From an uncultured Alphaproteobacteria bacterium (GTDB taxonomy: Bacteria; Pseudomonadota; Alphaproteobacteria; Rs-D84): DNA of 46,312 bases. Positions 28,489-36,793 of the stretch are shown one piece after another (the stretch's first letter is position 1; each line of letters begins with the position of its first letter). The notes under the pieces are model-generated. The model was not told the origin of the DNA. It worked only from the letters and a program-made list of their open reading frames with translations, and did no database searches. Location: contig CAMVKK010000001.1 of assembly GCA_947168075.1 (NCBI GenBank), positions 1 through 46,312 on the forward strand, read 5' to 3'. Position numbers and translations under genes: made by a program.

Positions 28489-31006
28489 AAATATTTTTGC
28501 CGCAACAAATCCGGCGCATATACTTGACGCGCTGTGGAAAATTATTAGCGCATCAAATGTTCCGCTGGAAAACACCATTATATTTTTACCCAGTCGCCGT
28601 GCCGTACGCAGTGTTGAACAAATGTTGGTTCATCAATATGGACACGCAATAATTTTGCCACACCTGGTTGCGCTTGGCGAAGGGGTTGATGATACGGATG
28701 AATACGAACCCACGCAACCCGACACTATTTCAAATATCGAACGCGTTGTAATATTAGCAAAATTATTATCAATGGATGCACATATTGGCAACATTTCAAC
28801 TGCATTGCCAATTGCACACGATTTAGTTCGTATGACCGATTATCTTGAAAACGAAGGACAAAATATCGCCAACATTAATTGGACAAAATTAATCGATGAA
28901 AAATATGCTGAACATTTCAGGGGCAAAGCAAAAATATTAAAAATATTATCTGATAATATTTCATCGATTACCCAGGGACGCATAACAACAACCACTAAAC
29001 GCAATGCCGATATTCGTGCATGGATTCCTTTTTTAACCAATCCAAATTGTAAATATAAATCGGTAATTGTATGTGGTTCCACCGCCAGTGTTCCCGCCAC
29101 AGCCGACTTAATGGCGACAATTGCGGAATTACCGTTTGGTAAAATTATACTGTCTGGAAAAATTGCTGGACGCGATATTGATTTTGAACTACCAACAAAT
29201 CCATATTATTCCGAACACAGATTTTTATCGCGCATTGGGTGTGCTTTATCCGATATTCAATTAATAGATGTTGGTCCATCCGACACAATTGATTTTATGA
29301 ACGCAGCATTTGGAAATGATCCGACCAAACCAGATAATTTGGACGCTGTTTCGCATTGTCATTTGATTGAGTGCGACCGCGAAAGTGTCGAAGCATTGGC
29401 AGTTGCAGAAATCACCGCACGCGCGATTCACGACAACAAATCTGTTTTGGTAATAACGCCCGATGCCGCCGGAAACCAACGCATAGCGTCCGCTTTTGTT
29501 GCAAATAATATTGTGGCTGATTTTTCAGGTGGACAACCCGCAACAATGCACCCGGTTGGTCGCGCGATATTGAATTTATTTGATGATTGGATTGAAAAAA
29601 AATCACATGTTTTTGAAGATTTATATGCCGATGCAAATCACGATTTATTTAAAATGATTGTAAAATTAGTTGATTCGTATCGTGATATGTGGACACCCCG
29701 ATTTAATCCAATGGACGAAGCAAATTTGCCAATATGGATTGCCATACGCGATATGTCAAACGCACTAATGAATAATGGAATTATATTAACAATTAACGAT
29801 GCGCGTGCGTTTATATCCGATGTTTTATCAACCGTTATAATACGCGGAACCCCAGCAAACGATGTACATACATGCGTTCTGGGCACAATCGAATCGCGTA
29901 TGCAAACCGCCGATGTTGTTATATTAACTGGGCTTAATGACGGTATGTTCCCAGCACGCGGATATGAAAATTCTTGGTTACCAAGAAATATATCTGAACA
30001 AATCGGTTTGCCACCACCCGATCGAAAAGTGTCATTAATGTCGTTGGATTTTATGAATTTATCATGTTGTGGCGAAGTTTATTGGCTGCGCAGTAAAATG
30101 TCCGGTGGCGCACAAACACCTGAATCGCGTTTTATTTCGCGCGTTACTGCACGTGGCGGCAAATTTGATAAAAGCATCGGCAATGATATTTTATCAACAA
30201 TTCATGCCCGTGATGATATTGAATTAAGACCACTGGATTATTCCGCCCCAACCCCACCCGCCGACTGGTCCGATGTTTATGTCACAGAACTGGAATTATT
30301 AATACATAATCCATATGCTTTTTATGCGCGGCATATTCTGCGACTGCACCCAATTGATGATTATTGGTTACCGCCCGATGCACGCATATTCGGGACAATG
30401 GTTCACGACACAATTGAATACGCGCAACCTGGCGACACACCAGATACGCTTGTTGCGCGTATGGATGCTGCGGCACATGATTTACTGGGCACCAACAGTG
30501 TTCTGTTCCATTTTTGGCACAAAAGATTCATGGAAATTGCCCCATTAATTGCAAACGAAATTAACACAACCCAGAACGCCTATGCCGAAATACCGGGCGC
30601 CATAAAAATTGCAAATCGCACAGTCCGCGCCCGCGCAGATCGTGTGTATGATGGTGTTGTTATGGATATAAAAACTGGTGCCGCACCGTCAAAATCACAA
30701 TTAATGGACGGCAATATGCCACAATTGCCATTGGAAGCGTTTATGTTGCAATCAGATGGATTTAAAATACCAACAACCGTGCGCAGCAAGACGCCAATTA
30801 TGGTATTTTTACAATTGCGTAATAACGATGTTGCGCGCATCGAATATGATTCCGAAACGACCCAGCAAATGATTGATGCGGCGATTCAAAAAACGACCGA
30901 ACTTTTCAATATGTACAGCGCAGGTTCCGCACCATACGAATATCACGAAACCGGTGATATAAAGTATAAAGCGTACGATGACCTGGCACGCATTAACGAT
31001 TTATAA
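28475..31006 (+). CDS. addB: double-strand break repair protein AddB (alphaproteobacterial type, PD-(D/E)XK nuclease C-terminus)
   Basis: N-terminus ...IIFLPSRRAVRSVEQ... and a C-terminal nuclease motif RADRVYDGVVMDIKTG. At 843 aa it is shorter than I would expect for AddB. Confidence 0.75.
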   Translation: MVSNKNIFAATNPAHILDALWKIISASNVPLENTIIFLPSRRAVRSVEQMLVHQYGHAIILPHLVALGEGVDDTDEYEPTQPDTISNIERVVILAKLLSMDAHIGNISTALPIAHDLVRMTDYLENEGQNIANINWTKLIDEKYAEHFRGKAKILKILSDNISSITQGRITTTTKRNADIRAWIPFLTNPNCKYKSVIVCGSTASVPATADLMATIAELPFGKIILSGKIAGRDIDFELPTNPYYSEHRFLSRIGCALSDIQLIDVGPSDTIDFMNAAFGNDPTKPDNLDAVSHCHLIECDRESVEALAVAEITARAIHDNKSVLVITPDAAGNQRIASAFVANNIVADFSGGQPATMHPVGRAILNLFDDWIEKKSHVFEDLYADANHDLFKMIVKLVDSYRDMWTPRFNPMDEANLPIWIAIRDMSNALMNNGIILTINDARAFISDVLSTVIIRGTPANDVHTCVLGTIESRMQTADVVILTGLNDGMFPARGYENSWLPRNISEQIGLPPPDRKVSLMSLDFMNLSCCGEVYWLRSKMSGGAQTPESRFISRVTARGGKFDKSIGNDILSTIHARDDIELRPLDYSAPTPPADWSDVYVTELELLIHNPYAFYARHILRLHPIDDYWLPPDARIFGTMVHDTIEYAQPGDTPDTLVARMDAAAHDLLGTNSVLFHFWHKRFMEIAPLIANEINTTQNAYAEIPGAIKIANRTVRARADRVYDGVVMDIKTGAAPSKSQLMDGNMPQLPLEAFMLQSDGFKIPTTVRSKTPIMVFLQLRNNDVARIEYDSETTQQMIDAAIQKTTELFNMYSAGSAPYEYHETGDIKYKAYDDLARINDL

Positions 31007-31014
31007 TATTGAAA

Positions 31015-31785
31015 CTATTTTAATTTAAGCATCAATCCACAATGGTCGGTTGGCTTTGATGCCAAGCGCGGACACATGTCAATTTCGCAATTTGTAACCA
31101 GCGCATTCGCCGTTTTATTACAAAGGAAATAATCCAATCGTAATCCCTGGTTATTACCGACCGTATCACGTCCACGATATCCATACCAAGTGTACCCCGT
31201 ATCATCCGGATGCAGTTTACGCCACGCATCCGTCCAGCCCGCGTTCAGCCACGATTGCAAAATCGCGCGTGCCGCCGGTGCAGCAATCGCTATGCCAACA
31301 TAATTTTTCGGATTCCATACATCCCTGTCTTCCAGCGCAACATTAAAATCGCCACCGATGATGACTGGTTCTTCACTGTCCAGATACCCCGAAATATATT
31401 CCCCAAAAGCATTCATCCAATCTAATTTATACGGAAATTTTGGTGAATCAACCGTATCGCCATTTGGCATATAAACATTTATTATTCGAACGCGTCCATC
31501 GATTACACATTCCAAAAAACGCGCCGATGCATCTGCAAAATTGGGCAATCCGCGGGTTACATCTTCGATTGAAAAGCGGGAAAAGACCGCAACCCCGTTA
31601 TAACTTTTTTGACCAAAAACCTTTATATTATATCCATAATCATCAAATAAATTGTGTGGAAAAGCCGCATCTTCGACTTTTAATTCCTGGACCATAATCA
31701 CATCGTATTCACCACCCCGCAGAATATCAATAAAACTTTCCACGTGTGCGCGTATTGAATTAATATTTATTGTTAGTATTTTCAT
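31015..31785 (-). CDS. xthA: exodeoxyribonuclease III
   Basis: MKILTININSIRAH..., QELK, GDFNV and DH motifs of the EEP nuclease fold. Confidence 0.93.
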   Translation of the reverse strand: MKILTININSIRAHVESFIDILRGGEYDVIMVQELKVEDAAFPHNLFDDYGYNIKVFGQKSYNGVAVFSRFSIEDVTRGLPNFADASARFLECVIDGRVRIINVYMPNGDTVDSPKFPYKLDWMNAFGEYISGYLDSEEPVIIGGDFNVALEDRDVWNPKNYVGIAIAAPAARAILQSWLNAGWTDAWRKLHPDDTGYTWYGYRGRDTVGNNQGLRLDYFLCNKTANALVTNCEIDMCPRLASKPTDHCGLMLKLK

Positions 31786-31786
31786 A

Positions 31787-31816
31787 TTGGAAATCCGTTT
31801 AACTTTGTATTATAAT
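31787..31816 (+). promoter_or_regulatory. putative sigma70 promoter for the acyl-CoA ligase gene
   Basis: TTGGAA, 18-nt spacer, TATAAT (31811-31816). Confidence 0.5.
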
Positions 31817-31853
31817 ACCCCCAACAGATTATTAAAAACAAGGATTTTATACA

Positions 31854-33434
31854 ATGAATATGTACAAGTTTTTAGAAAACACTGTTTCGCAGTTCCCAGA
31901 TAATTTGTTTCTGGTCCGTGAAAAGGTTACATACACCGAATTCATAGAATTGGTTCGGGCTCGTGCCGCATCTTTACACAAAGCGGGCGTAAAACCGGGT
32001 GATGTTATTGGTGTTTTATCGCATAACATTCCGGAATTTCCGATAACATTATTTGCGATTTGGTATTTGGGTGGTCGTGTTTTAATGTTGGATACGAACC
32101 TGACACCGTTTGAATATGACAATATGACCGCGATTGCCGATTGTCACTTTGTCTGTGCCGAAGAATCGTTTTTTTATAAAACAAAAAATTTCACATTTTA
32201 TGATATTACCAAGAAAGACGGAAAACCCGACCCGGATCTGGAACCGGCACCCGTCGAATCGTTGGACATTGCGATATTATCATTTACATCGGGTTCAACC
32301 GGCACGCCCAAGGTTGTGCCATTAACACACTTTAACCTGATTGAATGTGCACATTCGTTAAAGGACATGCGGGACTATATTGAACCGGGTTATTACCTGT
32401 ATGGATTTTTACCAATGTACCACATATTCGGTTTCGCTGTGGAAATTTTGGCAACAATTGAATACGGTTGCGGTGTTATTTTACAGCCCAGCATTAATCC
32501 AAAATTACTGATGGCGGACTTTGTCGAATTCCGTCCCCAGGTAATTCCTGCTGTCCCCCGCCTATTCGAGGTTATTCGTAACCGTATTATCGATCAATTA
32601 AAGGCGCGTCATCTGTGGCTATTCGCATCGTTTGTTTTGAAATATGGCAAAACATTAGAAAAATTGGGATTGGGCTTTTTGGTACGCAAGGTCCAAGATC
32701 CCGTCCGCAACATATTTGGTGGCCGCGTAACATTACTGGTCGCCGGTGGTGCCGCCACCAAGCCCGAGGTTGAAACTTTTTACGAACGTTTGGGCATGCC
32801 GTTTATCCAAGGCTATGGTATGACGGAAACGGTTGGACCAATCTGTATTTCGAAACGCACAAAAAAGCGTGTTCCGTTTGCGTTTGGTGCACCAACAACA
32901 AATAACGAAGTCGAAATCCGCAACAAAGATGCCGATGGTATTGGCGTTCTTTGGGTTCGCGGTCACCAGGTGTTTGACGGCTATCTGAATAATCCCGAGG
33001 TTAACAGCCAGGTATTCGATGAACACGGATTTTTCAACACTGGCGATTTAGTGTCAATGGACAAAAACGGCGAATTACATTTTGCTGGACGCAAAAAACA
33101 AGTGATTGTTTTAGATTCTGGTAAAAATGTTTATCCTGATGAATTGGAAGCAATGTTTATGAAAATTCCTGGTGTTAAAAATGTTGCGGTATTCGAACAT
33201 AAATTAGAGGATAAAACCGTTGCATATGCCGTATTCAGTGTAGACGAAGGTATGACAATTGACAAATTGGCCACCGCGGTTGCAAATGCGAACAAGAAAT
33301 TGGCGTCGTATAAATGGGTTACGCACTTTGCGATGACGACGGACGATTTACCAACAACCAGCACGCAAAAGGTTAAACACCATGTTGTGCGGCAAAACCT
33401 TATTGATGGTAAATATCCGATTCAAAAACAGTAA
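31854..33434 (+). CDS. AMP-dependent synthetase/ligase (long-chain acyl-CoA synthetase-like)
   Basis: AMP-binding motif LSFTSGSTGTPKVV, plus GYGMTE and TGD motifs. Confidence 0.85.
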   Translation: MNMYKFLENTVSQFPDNLFLVREKVTYTEFIELVRARAASLHKAGVKPGDVIGVLSHNIPEFPITLFAIWYLGGRVLMLDTNLTPFEYDNMTAIADCHFVCAEESFFYKTKNFTFYDITKKDGKPDPDLEPAPVESLDIAILSFTSGSTGTPKVVPLTHFNLIECAHSLKDMRDYIEPGYYLYGFLPMYHIFGFAVEILATIEYGCGVILQPSINPKLLMADFVEFRPQVIPAVPRLFEVIRNRIIDQLKARHLWLFASFVLKYGKTLEKLGLGFLVRKVQDPVRNIFGGRVTLLVAGGAATKPEVETFYERLGMPFIQGYGMTETVGPICISKRTKKRVPFAFGAPTTNNEVEIRNKDADGIGVLWVRGHQVFDGYLNNPEVNSQVFDEHGFFNTGDLVSMDKNGELHFAGRKKQVIVLDSGKNVYPDELEAMFMKIPGVKNVAVFEHKLEDKTVAYAVFSVDEGMTIDKLATAVANANKKLASYKWVTHFAMTTDDLPTTSTQKVKHHVVRQNLIDGKYPIQKQ

Positions 33435-33436
33435 AT

Positions 33437-33464
33437 AAAAAACCGACCGTTTGGTCGGTTTTTT
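33437..33464. terminator. bidirectional intrinsic terminator
   Basis: AAAAACCGACC-gttt-GGTCGGTTTTTT. Confidence 0.75.
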
Positions 33465-33489
33465 ATTTTTTCCATCTTTTTTTATCGTC

Positions 33490-34215
33490 TTATTCTATCA
33501 CAAAACTGCGCGGATAATAATCGCTATAGAAACGTCCATCTGTGGCGGTGAATTTCAAAACACAATAGTTCGGATCTGTAACACCCCCAGGATAATATTC
33601 TGTGTCCCCGTCTCGCCAAATCATCTCTTTGGTCTTGGCATCTGTCAATACTTCCATTGTGCCACGCAACATAACCCCGATGAAATTTTTTGAATCACAG
33701 AAATATATGCACGCTTTTGGATTCGCTTTGTAATGGGCCACACGCAAAGAAAAAGTATTGGTTGTAAAATAGAAAACCTTTATCCCGTCGTGCACACGTG
33801 GTGACAACATGGCTTTGGTGCATGGAAACCCGTCTTGGTCAACCGATGATATAAATGTAATTGGCGATGTATCCGCCATCTTGGCGACAAGTTCCTTGAC
33901 CCCTAACAAAGATGGATTTTCTGGCATATCATTTGAAATGGTTATTTGGCTGCGCCAACGTTTCAGATACGGAAAATACATTTTCATTTGACCAATATAT
34001 TCTTCTTTTGTTATCGGGTGTTCCAGGTTCTTATTAACTTCATCAATAAACCCTGCACAATGCTCTATCATTTCGTCCATTGTGCAATCTTGTAAGAATT
34101 TGCCATCTTTATAACAATAAATACAATAATCCGAATTCTTTGAACCGTCCGCATTTGTGCCATACAGCGATTCATCCGCCATTGGCATCGCACAACTTTG
34201 ACATATTTTTTGCAT
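33490..34215 (-). CDS. zinc-ribbon domain fused to a pyridoxamine 5'-phosphate oxidase-family (FMN-binding split barrel) domain
   Basis: N-terminus CQSCAMPM...GTNADGSKNSDYCIYCYKDGKF matches the putative zinc-ribbon family. The C-terminal ~130 aa are PNPOx/general-stress-protein-26-like. Confidence 0.75.
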   Translation of the reverse strand: MQKICQSCAMPMADESLYGTNADGSKNSDYCIYCYKDGKFLQDCTMDEMIEHCAGFIDEVNKNLEHPITKEEYIGQMKMYFPYLKRWRSQITISNDMPENPSLLGVKELVAKMADTSPITFISSVDQDGFPCTKAMLSPRVHDGIKVFYFTTNTFSLRVAHYKANPKACIYFCDSKNFIGVMLRGTMEVLTDAKTKEMIWRDGDTEYYPGGVTDPNYCVLKFTATDGRFYSDYYPRSFVIE

Positions 34216-34287
34216 ATTTTTCCCCTATTCTGTTAACACGAATATTTTATCATCACAAATCACTAAAAACAACCAAGTAAAAATTTA

Positions 34288-34317
34288 TTTACAAAAAAAC
34301 ACATAATTGAATATAAT
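34288..34317 (+). promoter_or_regulatory. putative promoter for the W-rich mini-peptide
   Basis: TTTACA, 18-nt spacer, TATAAT (34312-34317). Confidence 0.5.
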
Positions 34318-34354
34318 CATAATGTGTTACAACCAACACACAAAGGAGTTAAAA

Positions 34355-34468
34355 ATGTTTACAATTATATTTATTATTTTGAAATTGACGAAAACTGTTA
34401 AATGGTCATGGTGGTGGATACTGTTAACATTGGCACTGGATGGCGGATTTTTTGGCCGTATAATTTAA
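34355..34468 (+). CDS. 37-aa W-rich membrane peptide (Tmemb_185A / Fragile-X-F-like repeat unit), not in the ORF track
   Basis: AAAGGAG Shine-Dalgarno site 7 nt upstream of the ATG at 34355. Sequence MFTIIFIILKLTKTVKWSWWWILLTLALDGGFFGRII. Own promoter and terminator. Confidence 0.5.
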   Translation: MFTIIFIILKLTKTVKWSWWWILLTLALDGGFFGRII

Positions 34469-34480
34469 TATTTCATAAAT

Positions 34481-34510
34481 AAAACCGCGCCCAATTGGTG
34501 CGGTTTTTTT
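34481..34510 (+). terminator. intrinsic terminator after the mini-peptide gene
   Basis: ACCGCGCC-caatt-GGTGCGGT (one G-U pair) followed by TTTTTTT. Confidence 0.7.
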
Positions 34511-34517
34511 ATTTCAC

Positions 34518-34589
34518 TTGAAAAAAATGCCATTTTTTGGTATAATACCTGGTGCATTCAGGGACATTTTCGTCCCGTTTTTTATTTCC
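34518..34589 (+). promoter_or_regulatory. promoter + promoter-proximal terminator module, copy A
   Basis: TTGAAA (34518-34523), spacer aaaatGCCATTTTttgg, TATAAT (34541-34546), 14 nt, GGGAC-attttc-GTCCC (34561-34576), G, TTTTTT, ATTTCC. Paralogous to 44756-44826. Confidence 0.6.
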
Positions 34590-34617
34590 AAATTTTAATA
34601 AAACAAAAGGAAAAGAT

Positions 34618-35100
34618 ATGTCACGACAAATACAAATTCGGCGCGGCACCGCGGCGGAACATGCAACCTTTACCGGCGCAGTCGGTGAAGTTACAATGGA
34701 CACAACAAACAAAACACTTCGCGTACATGACGGAACAACCGTTGGTGGTATACCTCTGGCGCGTGCTGATGCGGTACCATCAGATATTACCAATAAAATG
34801 ATTCCTGATTATGCCAATGGCATAGCAATGAATATGACCATAACAGAACAAACATACACATGCCCGTCCAATGGTGTTATTATGGCCGACACCAGTGGGT
34901 TTAATTGGGCATATGGATATATCAAAATAAATGGTGTAACCATGTTTAATGTAACAACAAATGGCAGCGGATCTTTTGTTAACGGTAACGGTCAATTTAT
35001 TGTTGGTGCGGGCGACGTTATAGCCTATAAATCGGGCTATGTGCATGAAACCGTACATCCGTCAACAAATAAACTTACATTTTTTCCGTTTCGATCATGA
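34618..35100 (+). CDS. phage tail-fibre-like protein (hyaluronidase / Mtd N-terminal-type domain plus a small C-terminal tip)
   Basis: The N-terminus MSRQIQIRRGTAAEHATFTGAVGEVTMDTTNKTLRVHDGTTVGGIPLA is the conserved N-terminal module of many phage tail fibres. ATG at 34618 with AAGGA upstream. The track start at 34552 lies inside the leader. Confidence 0.75.
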   Translation: MSRQIQIRRGTAAEHATFTGAVGEVTMDTTNKTLRVHDGTTVGGIPLARADAVPSDITNKMIPDYANGIAMNMTITEQTYTCPSNGVIMADTSGFNWAYGYIKINGVTMFNVTTNGSGSFVNGNGQFIVGAGDVIAYKSGYVHETVHPSTNKLTFFPFRS

Positions 35101-36035
35101 TTTATGGAAAGATACACGAATAATGCCAAATAATTTAAAGATTACTTTATTTCCGACACGATAACGATGATATATAAATCTATGAACAAACCGGCGACTA
35201 CGTTCATGACGATATGTTGCTTTTACATCGGGGCGCGTTTTGGAAAAATCGCATTTTTTTAATTGTTGCCATTCGTATGCTGCGGTTTTGTCCGCCATTG
35301 CTTGAATTTTGGTGGTGTTTGCCATGGTATTTGCGCCATGCCAACGATATGAAAACAGAACTTTATCAATATACTTTATTTTTGCGTATTTTGATATCTG
35401 CATCATAAACCACCAATCTTCCAATGGTGCATCCGGTGTAAATTCACCGGTTTTTTTAAGTATATCTCGACGAATAAGGTATCCGTTCGGAATATAATTT
35501 CGACCAAACAATGTCGCATATGTTCCAAATTGTTCCGAATCAAAATCTATGTCGGCATTAGTTGCACGTAGAAATTCACCAAATGTTTTGTGGCATATAC
35601 ATTGTTACGCACCGCATCCCAATATGCGCGTTTCCCATCAGCATCAATAATTTCATTATCGCCAACCGCCAGTGCGTAATCTGGGTGTGATTCCATAAAT
35701 TCAATCAATGTTGATATTGCATTTGGTTTTGACATATCATCGGATGCAATATGATAGATATATTTACCACGCGCTTTTTCATAAAGTCTGTTTATAGTAC
35801 GACATGTTCCCATATTAGTTTGCGAATCAAAAAACACGCGTACGAATCGCGATTCCAGTTTTGGCATCATATCCAAAATTTTTTGTTTCGTGCTATCACG
35901 CGACCCATCGTCAATAATAACCAATTCAATATTATCATATGTCTGGGCAACCACAGAATTTAAACAGTCAACAATATATTTTTCATGATTGTATGCGGGA
36001 ATACATACAGACACCAATGGATGATTATTTAACAT
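35095..36035 (-). pseudogene. glycosyltransferase family 2, interrupted by a frameshift
   Basis: N-terminal fragment (36035-35547: VSVCIPAYNHEKYIVDCLNSVVAQTY..IDDGSRD..ASDD) and C-terminal fragment (to 35095: ..FGRNYIPNGYLIRRDI..) lie in different frames. Both frames are open only in 35550-35604, which contains a T4 run at 35586-35589. Confidence 0.65.
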
Positions 36036-36771
36036 GATATTTCCTTCGTAAATTGTGCTTTATTTTACCAATTGGAATCATGTTTATTAATATACGTGTA
36101 AATTCGCGTTTTATTTTTTTGCCAAAGGCAATATTTAATTTAAAATTCTGTAAATGCTTTATCAGTATATCGCCAATCACAACATAATCCAATTCAGAAG
36201 TTTTATCTTTATAATCATCGTATATGCGAATAATGTGGTCGGACACTTGTTCCGTTTGCTTTTTACTGTTGGAATTTGAAAAATACAACAAATCTACCAC
36301 AGTATCAGGGAAAGCATCGGCTATTATTTGGTGTCCACGAATCAAATCTTTATTATCAACGATATCATGATCTTTAACAGGCGTTTCTATATAGACAACC
36401 AAAACACGTTGTGATTTATCTATTGATTCCAGTAATCTTGATATACGGCGTGCATATTTTTCAGATACCGCAGGATATGTTTCGTCCAGTGGACGACCCG
36501 TCGCAAAATCATGATTAAATGTCAGGTCATTGTATTTATTGTGATATGCATCACATGATATGCTGCGTTCAGAATATGTGTATTCTAAATCATTTTTTTC
36601 AATAAACCTGTTAAAACGAGATGCCACTATCTTGCAGCGTCCGATAAAATCAGAACCGAACAACCAATCCAAGGGGTATGATTTTAATTGTAAATCAGCA
36701 CCACGTAATGCGGATGTGCAAGAACATGCTTCACCAACACTAAAAATTAAATCGTATTTTTGCTTTCTCAT
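36025..36771 (-). CDS. DUF1796-like protein (putative papain-like cysteine peptidase fold)
   Basis: N-terminus LIFSVGEACSCTSALRGADLQLKSYPLDWLF resembles the DUF1796 sLG.nC....l+......PFDW block (from memory). Confidence 0.6.
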   Translation of the reverse strand: MRKQKYDLIFSVGEACSCTSALRGADLQLKSYPLDWLFGSDFIGRCKIVASRFNRFIEKNDLEYTYSERSISCDAYHNKYNDLTFNHDFATGRPLDETYPAVSEKYARRISRLLESIDKSQRVLVVYIETPVKDHDIVDNKDLIRGHQIIADAFPDTVVDLLYFSNSNSKKQTEQVSDHIIRIYDDYKDKTSELDYVVIGDILIKHLQNFKLNIAFGKKIKREFTRILINMIPIGKIKHNLRRKYHVK

Positions 36772-36793
36772 TTTGACTCACTATCCTAATGTA

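Noticed and set aside
34552-34617. N-terminal extension of the tail-fibre-like ORF.
   Set aside because: It starts about at the predicted transcription start and reads through the leader hairpin. The ATG at 34618 has a Shine-Dalgarno site and begins exactly at the conserved tail-fibre N-terminal motif.
34618-35100. Diversity-generating retroelement target (the N-terminal domain is named after the Bordetella phage Mtd).
   Set aside because: The window has no reverse transcriptase. I saw no template/variable repeat pair, and the C-terminus does not look like a C-type-lectin variable region.
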